A program made the translations under genes and the position numbers. A model generated the notes under the pieces. That model did no database searches. It was not told the DNA's origin and saw only the letters and a list, made by a program, of their open reading frames with translations. A stretch of 58,938 nt of DNA, the filler included, from Dugesia japonica (taxonomy: Eukaryota), in assembly GCA_001938525.1 (NCBI GenBank). It is 6 parts of 6 records of this genome, joined end to end, with 100 filler letters (N's around TTAATTAATTAA, not from the genome) between each part and the next. Parts side by side here need not be neighbours in the genome. Positions count along the whole stretch, not along the records: positions 8,303 to 16,836 come from MQRL01542382.1; positions 16,937 to 26,122 come from MQRL01647990.1; 4 more parts are not named here. The stretch is one strand, 5' to 3'. Of this stretch, positions 12,286 to 25,450 are shown one piece after another (position 1 is the first letter of the stretch; each line of letters begins with the position of its first letter).

Positions 12286-12780
12286 TATATAGTACAAGCT
12301 CCACTTTGCTGTTTGTATTTATTTTTTTATCTATAACATTGTAAGAAATTGTAAACATGTTTTGAAACAATTTAATTTTTTTCATTTTAGACGACCAAAT
12401 TTGTACCTGAAAAACAACATATTCGAGAAACATGGCTTTTCCTATTTCATTTGAAGAAAAATGATAGTGATAAACATAAATTTATAATACAGGGTTTTGG
12501 CAAACATGCTTTAGCCGGAAGAACTTTTGTCAGAATTGGTTTAATAACCGCTTCCAGTCCGATAACTTTGATATGAACGTCAAGCTCTATGTACAACAAC
12601 GGAAAAAATTGGAAAACCATGAATTGCAAGCATTGTTGCCCAAACTCAAATTCAATTAGCAAAATCACTCAATGTTAGTCAACAAGCTTTTTCAAAACGT
12701 TTGAGTGATATGTGAAAGATTCAGAAGGAAGAAAGTTAGTGCATTATGAATTCTCAGAAAGAAATAAACAACAGCGGATT
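12286..12780 (+). mobile_element. 5' fragment of a Mos1-like (mauritiana) mariner
   Basis: From 12391 (ACG, decayed start): TKFVPEKQHIRETWLFLFHLKK...FGKHAL..QNWF.RFQSDNFD...ELQALL..QTQIQLAKSLNVSQQAFSKRL..KIQKE, colinear with the Mos1 N-terminus. No catalytic domain. Confidence 0.85.
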
Positions 12781-13989
12781 CACTTCCAACATTTTGATTG
12801 AAAGAAATTATTTTTAATTTTAATCTATATTTTAAATTACATAAAAATTATTAATGATAAATGAAAATTTAAATTTTATTTTATTTCTGATTTATAATTT
12901 AATTTAATTTTCAGTACAATTTCATTGTGTACAATAATTGTTTACAATTTGAGGTTTTATTTTTCAATATGAATATTCAAACATTTATCATTGAAATTTT
13001 CAATCAATAAATTTTCTAAAATTTGTTTTAAACAAAATATAATTTATCATTTCGGTTTAAATAAATTGCCGACTAAATCTAGCGTGGAATATTTATGCAA
13101 CATTTGTCAAAGGATGAGGGAAATTCAATAATTACTAATGGTGAAGTGCACGAGAGAAATAAACTGTAATAAATTTATTTGTTTTAATTATGAAATTGAA
13201 ACGAATTAAGNTCCAAAGANNTATAAACNTTTTCATTATTTTGTTATTACATTGTTACAGGNTAAACTCATGTCTAATTTAGTATTGCTATTTAATTATA
13301 TTTTATGTATAAAATNATAGATTAATAATTTACCAAAACTAATCTGATAATANAATGTTTAAATCNTTTTCAATCATTTTTAACATGTGGACAATCAAAT
13401 CTTTATTTGTTTAAGTTCAATCAGACTTGCAGACATTTTATTGTTTAAATCAATTTTAATGAAAACCTGAAGAAAGAATAATTATGATAAACAAAAAAAG
13501 TTTTAATATCATTTATAATCGCCAAATCTGAAAAGAAAAGCTATAATATATTCGATGAATATTTCTGGAAATTTGAAGAAAACTGCGAAATTAATCAATA
13601 TTAATTAATTTAATTAAATCAATTTAATTCCTATAATAGTTATGAAACAAAATGTTTTCCTTAAAGTTTTTAGCAATTTAATAACATTTAAACAAATTTT
13701 TTTCTGTTTTGAAATTAACAAAAATAACAAATTTCATATTTGAAAATCTAAAAAATGCAGAATTTTAAATTTAATTCATGAAAGATTTGAACAAACAAAT
13801 AAAATTTAAAATTAAGAAAATCATAAATTGAATACTTTTATGATATAAAAAAAACAAATATTCCAAATCCTAAAAAACATTCAATTTATTTAATTACAAA
13901 TAAATGGTTAGTAGAAGAAAAATGTGAATGTTGTCGCTTTTAAAAAACTGACACTTCACTGAATTAATTCTTAAACTAGCCTTTATTAT

Positions 13990-16010
13990 CTCAAATAATA
14001 GATTATTCAATTACTCTATAGTATTGATCTTTTTTATTCTTAAATATCAGAATGTCATCAAGATACATCATGGCTCCTTTAATTCTGCCTGCCATTTTTG
14101 TCATAATCTCTCCAAATGTTCACGGTGCCATGTTCTGTGATCCCAAACTGCATTCTATTAAAATAATACTGTCCGTGCTTTGTTGAAAATGCTTTTTTTT
14201 CTTGAGATTTTTCTGAGTCATGATAGTACGCATTTCTCAAATCTATTTAATTGAAGTATTTCGGCTATTTCTAACTTGTTCATTATTTCATCAACGTTAA
14301 GCATATGAAAGGCCTTTTCGTTACTGCATTTAATTGTCTAAAATCCAAACATATTCTAATGTCCTTCTTTTCCTTTTTCCAAACACAAATAAGTGGGGTA
14401 TTCTATGGAAAGTTGCATTTCTAGATAATATTATTCTCAAAAATGTTTTGAATAGCTTCTTAAATTTTAGATTCAAAGTTCATTAATTGCCTGTAAGGTT
14501 TTACATTGATTAGTTCACGATTTGTGATTATTTTGTGATTTTTCAGATGAGTTCGTCCTACATCCAATTTATCTGTAATAGAAGCATCTTTAATCTTAAA
14601 AGTATTTAAAGGTCTTGTTAATCGCTCTTCTTTTGTAATTTTTCTCCAAAACTTTGCTTCAATATTACAAATGTTCAACTTTTTCATACGTTTTGCTAGC
14701 AACCTTTGACATAAACTAATATCCAAAAATCTAATATCCCATTGTCTGAAATTCAAACATATTCTTATGTATTCTTTTTTTATGTATTCTTACATATTTT
14801 TTTCATTTTTCCAAAGACAAATCAGTAGAGTATTTCTCGTAGAGTTGCATTTCTGAATAATATTATTCTTAAAAAGGGTTATAGCTTCTTTAATTTTAGT
14901 TTCTAAGCTCATTAGTTGTCTGTGAGGTTTTACGTTGATATTTTGATCACTTGGAGTTATTTTATATTTTAACAGATATATGTTTGTAGTGACTTTATTT
15001 TATCTGCAATCGCATAAATTCAATTATATTTGTTTTCTGGACCTTCATTTGTCACAGATTTTTCAGGTTGTTTTCTTTCATTTTAAAATTTAGCACTCTT
15101 CTGCCCTTTGTCCTCCATTTTCACATCATTTACACTTTAATTTTTGATATAATCTCTAATATGGCCCACGTTTCCACAACAAAAACATTTTGTTGGTTTT
15201 AATCTGTGCAAACTCGACTTATATGTCCTTTTTAATGACAAGTCCAACATTCTACAACTTTCTTTGTTGGACAATTTGCTTTAGTATAACCCATATTATG
15301 ATATAACGAACATTCAATATTTCGTTTCACCAATCTTTGATCTAAAATTCTACACACTGTATAATTTACAAGTTTCAGATAATTCTGACTTTTAACTCTC
15401 GCGTTACTTCTAACTGCATCAACTTGATCTCTATTTTTCTGTACTATATCTACTAATGCAATTTTTTCTTCAACCTTTGCTATATTCAGCCGTTTCCGCA
15501 AAGTCACTTCTTCTTCAATTGTTTTGTTATCTGAACAATGTAATAGAATCTTTGCTACGATTTTCTCTTCAGTAAAATATTTATTTGTAAATAATCTTTT
15601 TACTAAATCTTTTACATGTTTAAAATAAACTTGAATCTCTTCACTTCCACGCCTGTAGTTAATCAAGTTTTCAAAATATTTGATAACATATTTTTCTTTC
15701 TCAAATGCCATACTTAAACGGCCCTGAAATGTTTCAACTAAATATTGTAAAAATCATCATGTAACAAAAAAGAGGAAAATCTCACCCGTTGTTTGATCTG
15801 GTTAATATCTTTAGACTCAAAATATAATTCACACCGTTTGACGCATATTTTAATTTCACTTCTTTTGCATAACACATTACGCAATAATTTATCTGTAAAA
15901 AAATCAGTATTTACCTTTGTCATCATGTTAGATACATCTTCTAACAATAATTGATATTGCAAATCACAACAATTCATTTCACACAATTCTATTTCTAATT
16001 CAAAACTATA
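13990..16010 (-). mobile_element. Ty3/Gypsy remnant (gag with zinc knuckles plus partial RT)
   Basis: gag ORFs 15738-15986 and 15232-15711 with CSLYHNMGYTKANC and CWTCH knuckles. RT N-terminus INVKPYRQ and AMMYLDDILIF at ~14045-14075. Confidence 0.85.
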
Positions 16011-16836
16011 AAAAAATATTAAAAACTTTTCTGAAATAGAAACTAAAAAATAATTTCTATTGGTTGAAATTTTTTTATTTATTAATTATTTCCTTAAATA
16101 TAAAAAATATATATATACAACCAAATAAAACTAAAACCTCGTTAACAAATATTGTTTTGCGAGAACAGAATTATTTTGCTGATAAACATCTTGAATTAAT
16201 GAAAATAATTAAAAAAATATTTTATTTATTTATTAATTTAAATGAGATATTTTTCAATATTTTTAATGTTGAAAAATGTTTATCATCTATAATGTTTAGA
16301 ATCTATATATTTCTTACTACCAAGTTGAATGAGATTGTAAAAAAATTAAGTATTCTATAAGTTTATGTCAATTATTACAGACAATTTTATAAAACATAAA
16401 AAATATATGTATATTACGACTCTATTAGAACAAACCGAAAGAAAAGCTATTAAAAGAGATCAAAACAAGATATTGTCAAATGAAAATAACAATAAATATT
16501 ATTGTATAAAAGATTTTCAAGGTTGTAAAAACTGAAAAACAGAAAAAAAACTAAAAATAGGTATGCAGCTTGGACAGTTAATTAATAACAAAAAAAAATT
16601 AACATAACATGTTAAAGTTTGAAACTACAATTTATTAATGTCCAGTTCTCATTCATTTCAATTCTGATTTCAGAAATTTCAGAATTTATTTATGCTAGCC
16701 TTGATAATTAAACATTCTAATTAGTTAAAATTAATCATCATTTATTCACAAAGAAACTAATGTATTTTTTAATTTTAATTTAATTTAATATTTTAATTAT
16801 ATTTATGATAACATTTAAAATGAAAAACTGGAAAAT

Positions 16837-16936
16837 NNNNNNNNNNNNNNNNNNNNNNNNNNNNNNNNNNNNNNNNNNNNTTAATTAATTAANNNNNNNN
16901 NNNNNNNNNNNNNNNNNNNNNNNNNNNNNNNNNNNN
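16837..16936. other. Artificial contig linker
   Basis: N44-TTAATTAATTAA-N44. Confidence 0.97.
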
Positions 16937-17099
16937 ATAATATTTAGTTATCTCAATTCTTATTGGCTGAAATTATTAATTAATAATTATTTCCTCATAA
17001 ATATTAATAATAATAATAATAATATCTTTTAATATATTTTATTTTTATTTTATTATATTATATTTCAATATATTTATTTCTATAACCATTGTAAATATA

Positions 17100-17375
17100 A
17101 TTGTTAGTTACATCTTCTAATAAAAACTGATTTTGCAAATCACCAAATTAGTTTTTATTTCAAATTAAAACTACGTTTGTTTATTCGATGTCATTCTTAA
17201 GAACAGTTTGGCGGCCGTAGTATTCTGTTAGCGACCAATAACCTCTTGTCAATTAGCCATTACCTTGAAATAAAGTGGTTGTAGTTTCTAAGAGCCCTAA
17301 CCCAGTAAATTGCTTTCCCACCAATTTCAATCCTAACACTTGGTGAAGGTGATTTTTATTTTGGTTGTTAATTTA
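17100..17375 (-). mobile_element. Small Gypsy-derived fragments
   Basis: 17108-17172 resembles 15930-16010. The minus-strand peptide SPSVRIEIGGK resembles a retropepsin N-terminus. Confidence 0.4.
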
Positions 17376-18048
17376 GTAATTTAGTATATTTTTATAACGC
17401 TCTTAGGTCAAAATGTTTTAAGAAAAAGTAAACAAGTTGTTAAAAAGTTATTTAATATATATATATATATATATATATTAATGAAAGATTAAAAGATTTT
17501 CAGGGTTAAAATTGGGTTTCAATGTTCCACTGTGATTATTTTCACTGGAATTGTAATAATTGTAGTTTATCGCAATAAAATCTAAGGAATACTAAATTTG
17601 GATCGACGAAGCTCAATGTATCACATATATACTTTGAAAATCCGTTTAAAAAAATTGAAAACAATATAAAACGTTATTTAGGAATTTAACCTAATACAAC
17701 GAATAAGCTAATGAAACCACGCAAAATTGATCCTTCATTAAAATGTATAATAACTAGAGATAGAAAATGAATTACATATAATTATGTCAATCAAAAATGT
17801 TTTTAAATGAAGCGAAATGAAAGTTAAGATCGATCAAAAAACGTTTTCGTATTAGAAAAGAGTTATCTACTTTGAAATGTTTCCACGAAATCAAATGACT
17901 ATTTCCAATGTCTACATTTAACCTCTAACCAAATTATCAATAATTATTTACGAAAACCAAATTAATTAATTTTAAAAAAATTAATTTTTAAAAAAAAGAA
18001 GTAATAATTATTTCTTTTTAAATTTAGCAATCACTCATCGAACGTATA

Positions 18049-19828
18049 CTGTATAAACCGGTTATAACAAATTCGTTTCAACCGAACAAAAATCAATTAT
18101 CAATAATTTATTAACTGTTTTTTTATTTAAACCGAAGATTTTTAAACCGAATTAAAAATCTGAAATTATTAACCACAAAATGCCACCAAAAAAACGAAGA
18201 ATTTTATCTCTAAAAGAAAATATATCAATATTACAATCAATTGAGTTCGGTCAAAAGCAAAGAAAAATGGTGAAAATATACAATTCTACCCCCTGAACTG
18301 TTAATGATATTTGGAAAGTCAAAGAAGAAATTAAAAAAGCTTTCGTTGAACGAAGAAGTGATATAAAAAAGAGAAAAGCCCCAAGTATAAAGAAATCGAT
18401 GCAGCTAACTCATTGATGGACTTATGCTAAAAAAAAAAGCTACATTGATAGCAAGTGAATTTGGAATAAACCGGTTTGAATGTTCAAGCAGTTGGATTTT
18501 CCGATTTAAAGAAAAATACTCCATGTATATGGTTCAACACAAGCCAAATCAGTCGATGTAAACTCTGTTTATTTATGGCTAGAAGATGAATGGCCACATT
18601 TAAGAAAAGAATATGCCGATAAAGATGTTTTTTAATACTGATGAAGCTGGGATATTTAATAAAATTACACCAAAAAAAACTCATAAATTTATAGACGAAA
18701 AATGTACCGGCGTAAAGCTATCAAAAGAGAGAATAACAGTGTTTTTTGTGCAAGCATGACTGAGGAAAAAAGACAGCCCCTAATTATTGGGAAAAGTAAG
18801 AATCCAAGATGTTTTAAAAATCAAAGTTGGACAAGATATAAATACTATTCGAATTCTAAAGCATGGATGACTTCCAATATTTTTAAAAATGAATTAATCC
18901 AATAGGATTCAGAACTTAGAAGAAAAAGAGGTAGAAAAATAATATTATTGATCGACAATTGCTCCGCTCATCCAAATATAAACGATATGTTGACCAAAAT
19001 TAAATTGGTATTTTTTGCCATCGAATACAACGAGCATTTTACAACCACTTGATCAAGGGGTGATAAGAAATTTCAAAGTTTATTATAGAAAATCATTAAT
19101 ATCTAAAATGATACAAAAGGCTAAAAATGGTGAAGAATTTAAAATAACTCTTATAGATGCAATCCAACTTGTAGAAAGTTCTTGGTTTAAAGTCAATAGA
19201 AATACCATCATTAATTGTGTCCACCATTAGAAAATAAAAACCAAGTTTAAAAGTAAAGATACAAAATTACCTCTAAAGGACAGCAATTTATCGCAATCTT
19301 TATGATTCAACCATTTTTTTAATTAGGTTGTTAAATTGAATAGCTATTTCGAAAGCGATAAGATGTTCAAAAACCCGAGGACTTTTGTATTGAATCTGAT
19401 AAATCATTACTAATTGACGATACATAGGAAGAGAATATTGCTTTAGAAGTGGTTGACTTGAGAGATGCATTTAATGCTATTAATANTATTAGTAAATTTT
19501 ATGGTTTCAAAATGCCATCAGAGAAGATAAAAGCAAGCGTATTTCCATTGTAAAATGATATGGAAAAGATGAATATTTTAAGAAGAAAAGTGCAAAGAAA
19601 GATTACTGATTTTTTTAAAATAAAATGGTGTTATTTTATATGTTAATGTTTTAATTTTATTAAAATATATCTAGAAAGCAAATATTATTTTAACATAGTT
19701 TATTTATATTATATATTAAAAACAATTTTTATCGTTTCTATATGAAAAAAATCGGTTAAACCAAACTTCCGGTTAAAACGAACTAAAATTTCGATCCCTT
19801 GAAAGTTCGGTTTAAGCGGATTTCACTG
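18049..19828 (+). mobile_element. Tigger/pogo (CENP-B-like DDE_1) transposon, near full length, degenerate
   Basis: ATG at 18180 MPPKKRRILSLKE (HTH-psq); FNTDEAGIF; GRKLSKERITV; PLIIGKSKNPRCFK; NSKAWMT; LLIDNCSAHP; PSNTTSILQPLDQGVI; C-terminal QRKITDFF. TIRs TA|CTGTATAAACCGGTTATAAC and GTTTAAGCGGATTTCACTG. Confidence 0.92.
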
Positions 19829-20481
19829 GATATATATTTGTATATAATAATCTCATGGCATATANNNNNNNNNNNNNNNNNNNNNNNNNNNNNNNNNNNN
19901 NNNNNNNNNNNNNNNNNNNNNNNNNNNNNNNNNNNNATAAACTAATTATTATCAAACGATTACGGATCACATTAAAACAAATTTTCTATTATTTCGATAA
20001 TTACTTTATTAATAATGGCTGTAAAATTGAAATTAATGAATTAAATTCCAGTTGTAATAAAATATTGTATTAAAGGGCATAAATATTTCATTTATAACAT
20101 CAACTTTATTTCAATAAAATTCCAATATTCTTTATGAATAAATTCTAAATATTGATAAATTTCAAATTCGAGTTTTATTAATTAAATTTTCAAATTAATT
20201 TTTAAACTGGGCAAATAAAATAAAGCCACAATAGTTTATTATTTAAATTTAAATTTGAAATAAAAGTTAACATCTTTAATTCTATCCAAAAGAATATAAA
20301 TAAACTCTATAAATAAAGTAGAAAATTCAAGTCAATTCAACAACAAAAAATTAAAAAATTATCTTTACTATATATTTGTATTTAATTTAATTTATTAACA
20401 TAATGAAAACANNNNNNNNNNNNNNNNNNNNNNNNNNNNNNNNNNNNNNNNNNNNNNNNNNNNNNNNNNNNNNNNNNNNNN

Positions 20482-20497
20482 TAATAATAATATTAAT

Positions 20498-20549
<52 letters not shown>

Positions 20550-20552
20550 TTA
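20482..20552. repeat. (AAT)n microsatellite in Rab intron 3
   Basis: Seen directly; source of the spurious poly-Ile ORFs. Confidence 0.9.
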
Positions 20553-20577
20553 ATACAAATATTTATTATTGACATAC

Positions 20578-21205
20578 CTTTTGAACTAATGCATTAGCGG
20601 CTTCATCAATTCCAATATTTTCCTTGGCTGAGGTATCAAATCTTGCTACAAAACCATTTTCCTCAACAAATTTATCGAGATAATTCGTATCCGATAATCT
20701 GCCTTCTCGTTCACAGTCCGACTAAACAGAAATGCGTTTTTCAATAAATATTGATACTAATAAATATGAAAACCTTGTTTCCTAAAAGAATACATGGTAT
20801 TGGATCTCCATTTGGTTGGGTAACTTTACTGTCAAGATCTTTTTTCCATTTTACAACAGCTTCAAAAGTACTATTTCGGGTAACATCATAAACGATAAAT
20901 GCACCCATTGCATCTTTATAGTAAACGCGCAACATGTTTCCAAATCTTTCTTGTCCAGCTATATCCCATAATTGTAGTCGAACAACCGATGAATCCTCCC
21001 AAGGTAAAACTTTCAATGCAAAATCAACACCAATCTAAAAATTGCATGATTTATTAAATATCTCTAATATGCAAATAATCAATCTTACTGTAGCTCGGTA
21101 ATGCTGAGAGAAAAATTTGTGGACATATCTTTTAATAATACTTGTCTTCCCAGCTCCCAATTCCCCAATGACAAGAACTTTAAACAAATACTCTTTTTCT
21201 GTCAT
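20578..21205 (-). CDS. rab32: Rab32/Rab38-family small GTPase, exons 1-3 (21205-21089, 21034-20774, 20721-20578); last exon not located
   Basis: Spliced product MTEKEYLFKVLVIGELGAGKTSIIKRYVHKFFSQHYRAT|IGVDFALKVL..WDIAGQERFGNMLRVYYKDA..KWKKDLDSKV..PIPCILLGNK|SD..FDTSAKENIGIDEAANALVQK. WDIAGQE is the Rab32/38/29 signature. GT-AG phase-0 introns of 54 and 52 nt. Confidence 0.95.
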
Positions 21206-21612
21206 AAATCAAATTCGATCAATAATTTATTAAATTAATGCAAATGTGCAGATATTGTGAAATTTATTTTTATACGCGAGAACTTTAACCTCGCAAAATG
21301 AATAATTAATCGATTTAAACAAATGTATTACAAATTTATTCGATGCATTTATATTCTTATGATTTATTTTAAAACATTAAATTAAAATTGATTAACTTAT
21401 TATTTGTCATCATTTATTGAATATTGATTATTATTGATTATTGATTATTGATTATTGATTATTNNNNNNNNNNNNNNNNNNNNNNNNNNNNNNNNNNNNN
21501 NNNNNNNNNNNNNNNNNNNNNNNNNNNNNNNNNNNNNNNNNNNNNNNNNNNNNNNNNNNNNNNNNNNNNNNNNNNNNNNNNNNNNNNNNNNNNNNNNNNN
21601 NNNNNNNNNNNN

Positions 21613-21669
<57 letters not shown>

Positions 21670-21690
21670 TTCATCATCATCATTATTATT
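21613..21690. repeat. (ATT)n/(CAT)n microsatellite
   Basis: Seen directly. Confidence 0.9.
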
Positions 21691-22524
21691 ACTAATTAAA
21701 TTGAGAACTTCACAATTTTTCATAATTTTTTTCACAATTGTTTTATTAAAGTTAAAAAGATAATAAAGATAAATAATCTTTCAATTAATTTTTCAAATGA
21801 TGTTTTAGTCTTTTAAAAATCGGTAATTTAAATATTTAAAAAAAATATTACTACTATAATTTAAAAAAATATTTTAATTCCTAATAATTTTTGAACTACA
21901 ATATATCAAAATTAATTAAACCAAATTAAATTTTCAAAAATAATTTTTTCAATGTTTAACAGATATTTTTACATTAATTTATTAAAATATTTTTAGGGGG
22001 ATCAGTTTTGGTTTTACCAATATTTTACACAGAATTTTTTGAAAAACTATTTTCTTCTTAACATTGGTCAACAAAATGTCTATTCTATAGAGAATTATTT
22101 GATGATTCCAAATATGTTAACCTAAAATCAGCAGACTTTATTCCAATTAAAACAATTAAGGTTTGGTCTCGAAAAATCCCAAATTTTGAATTTTGCTGCT
22201 CAATTTTCTAGGCATACATAAATGATATGGATTCAAAACAGATGTCAATTTAACTCAGGAGAACAAAGTGACTGAATAAAGTTAAAATATCGGAAAATGG
22301 TTCTTAATAAAGATATACAGTTTTACTCCCGGATTTGGTAACTTGTTTCTGAAAAATAATAGGTATCCCAAAATTTATCATAATTGATACCAGCTGATAA
22401 AGAATTTTACCGTAATAACATGTGAACCTCAAATCGTCAAGCTTTATAGATAAATATTATATGTACTTGTAATTAAATATGTAATTAATTTGAGAGCCTC
22501 ATAAAATAATAAAAATAGGTTGCT

Positions 22525-22650
22525 AATTTCCTCGGTAAAGTTGAATCAAGTTAATTAAGGACTAGAATTTCCTGAAATTATTTTCTCGGTGAGGTCGAAT
22601 CAGGTCTACTTTTTAAGTGGTTTTGGTTTCTTTAGGTGATAATTTACTTG
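22525..22650 (+). repeat. Dispersed repeat (GGTGAGGTCGAATCAGGTC family), probably Polinton terminal-region derived
   Basis: Matches 47720-47790 and the reverse complement of 43960-44090. Confidence 0.6.
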
Positions 22651-25059
22651 TTATTGGTGCTTTTTCTCACTTATTGGTTTTCTCAATTGTTGTAGGTCTT
22701 CAGTCATCATCACCCACTCTTCATTGGTTTTCAGTTTACAAGACTTTGCTCACTGTTCACTAGTGTTCAGTCATCAATGGTTTCCAGGCTCTTCATTTAT
22801 CACATTTCTTGCTTAGTGATCTTCGCTCTTCCCAGGTCTTTACTCTTTATTAGTTTGCTGGTTCATCAACTCTTCACTGGATTTTCCACTCTTCATTGGT
22901 NNNNNNNNNNNNNNNNNNNNNNNNNNNNNNNNNNNNNNNNNNNNNNNNNNNNNNNNNNNNNNNNNNNNNNNNTTCACTCATTACTGGTTTTCTCACTCTC
23001 TACAGGTCTTTGCTCTTTGCTTGTGATAAATATCATGTTTGATTAATGTTATTCAACATAGAAATTTGTAATAAATCAAAGTTTCTACTTATAAATTAAA
23101 GATTTTATTCAAATAACTGCTAATATTGATTTTAATTTAACCAAGTAATTTTCAGGTACTTTCTTCAATGATTGACGATTGATGTGAAAAAATCAAATAA
23201 TTATTTCTAATGGTAATAAACTTTCATTTTAATTAAATATTTTTCTATAAATCTTACATTAATATTTAATTATTTAACCTGTTCTATATTTTTATTGTAA
23301 TTTTGAAATTAAATTAGATTTTGCGTGTATTTTTAATTAACGTTAAATTTTTAATAGGAAATTTTTACTAAGCATAAGTTTAGTTGAAATAATTTTAAAT
23401 AATTTCTAAAAATTTTTTGAAAATAGATAATTTCAAACTTTTATTTATAATAGAAATTTTTTATTAAGAATTAGATAAATTTGAAAAATTTGTAACAATT
23501 TATTGAAAATAATCTATATAATTAATAAAATAAAAAATTGTGGGAAAATCGGTAAAATGAACAAAAAGTAGACAAATTAAGTATTTTAAAAGATTGTATG
23601 CATAGAAGAAATTTATTGTTATTAATTAAGTAAGTATTTTCCATGACCAGACCAATATCTTTCTACAAAACTCGTATTTTCTATCATGTCTATAATTTTT
23701 CAAGGATAAAGCTAGTGTTTTCAACGACACATCTTTATTTCCCAAAAAACTCATATTTTCAACAGTAAAAGAATTATTTTCTATGATGACTCGTATATAT
23801 TCTGAGATGAATCATATATTTTCATAATAAAGCAACTATTTTTACCCTATGGATATTATGATTCTCACAGTGGCCACTGATTCATCTTCATATAAAATCA
23901 TATAATGTATACTTATTAGTCTAAAGATTGATTTTACTAAATATGTAATTAATAATTAGGTATCTGGATATTAAAAAAAAATAAATCCCACAAAACCGAG
24001 GTGTACACAGGGAAACCAATAAGCAAGCCTTGAAGCAGACAGATAATGAATGATTTTATTGTAAAGAATATCTATGTTTTCATGCAAAAAAAACATATTT
24101 TTTATGTTGAAACCTAAAGTTTACATAATTGTGGTTACCTTTCCTTAAATGACGCTAGAATGTCACGGGAGTTGTATTCATATTGCACCGAAATTTTAAT
24201 GGAATCATATAGTAATCCTTTACCCAATAAACATAAACAATCGTTTCTTAACATATCAGATCTTTACCAAAGAATATTGCATTTAACACTCAGACAAATT
24301 AATCAATAATAATATAATAATTACAAGAAAATATTAAAATATACAAAGAAAATAAAGGCATTAAGGAAAGAAAGCCAACACAAGGATGAATAATACGAAG
24401 GAAGCAAATGAGTAAGATAGAATAATCATTCGTGGAGGCATAAAAATATGATAAAATAGAGCGAAATAATTTAATGTAGGGCTTAAGTGTGAAATAAGAA
24501 AAATAACAAAAAAATAAAGAACAATAGAGAAAATGGGGTGAAAAGTGATAAAAATGAGTTTAAAATGAGTTTAATATTTTTTAATAAAAGACGATAAAAT
24601 CATAAAAAAACTATTTGATTAAATATGTGATTATTTTACTATTTTAACGTTGTATTGTCATATATATTTTTCTTCTTTTCTTTTGAACCTTGTTTTATTT
24701 TTTGATTAATATTTTTGGAATCCAAAATAAATAAAATTTTTATAAAACGAATAAAGCCGGTATTTCTTAAGAAAATAAAAGTCCGTTTGTTTTTCAATGG
24801 GGCTGCAAATTTCAAATTTCTTTCTGTTTGTGAGAGAGTAGGCGGCCCACATTAAGTTAAATGAATTTTTAAACTTTAACTGTATATTTATTTTAATACT
24901 AAAAACATTCTAAAGAATTGTTATTCCAAAGATTTCTTAGAATATTCTAAAAGTAACTTTCATTAATAAAAACAAGTCACAAATAAATAAATTATCTCTA
25001 CGAACGTAACTAAGGAATATAACAAACAACAAATAACGATAAGAATTTAAAATGTATAA

Positions 25060-25450
25060 AATCAATAGGGTTTCTGATTTTAAAATCTTGTGCAGTAGAT
25101 TTAATAATTATTGGGATAGAGTTACGTGTGAAGCTTTGTTGATAATGGCATTAAATCCTAAAATTAATGTTCAGAGACGGATTCAACATCGCTCTTAAAA
25201 TTATTTTATTGATTATTTATTAAGATTGCATAATTAAAATTATATAATCATTTAAACTTTCTAAGTAGTTTGTTTTAATAATTTTTAATTGACTGATGAT
25301 GACGATTATTCCGTCGAAATTAATTGCAGTAGATAAATAATTTATGAAATGGTGTTCATTAAGTTTTTTAATAAAATTACCAATGTTTTTTGAGTTTTAT
25401 AAATAAGAAAATTCGACTAATATATTTGAGTTGGATATCGGCATTTTGTC
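25060..25450 (+). mobile_element. Penelope-like element 3' remnant (family B): GIY-YIG C-terminus plus pLTR
   Basis: Approximately DFKILCSRFNNYWDRVTCEALLIMALNPKINVQ, homologous to 46870-47140, followed by a hammerhead core. Confidence 0.75.
25287..25331 (+). ncRNA. Degenerate minimal hammerhead ribozyme (PLE family B)
   Basis: CTGATGA-t-GACG attattc CGTC-GAAA-ttaa-TT. Core and stem II intact, stem I partly mismatched. Confidence 0.6.

Noticed and set aside
20337-20381. Minus-strand IQIYSKDNFLIFCC* as the Rab prenylation exon
   Set aside because: No phase-0 AG acceptor in that frame and an in-frame stop just upstream; likely chance.
20387-21763. Poly-Ile, poly-Asn and poly-Leu ORFs in the track
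   Set aside because: Translations of (AAT)n microsatellites and N runs.
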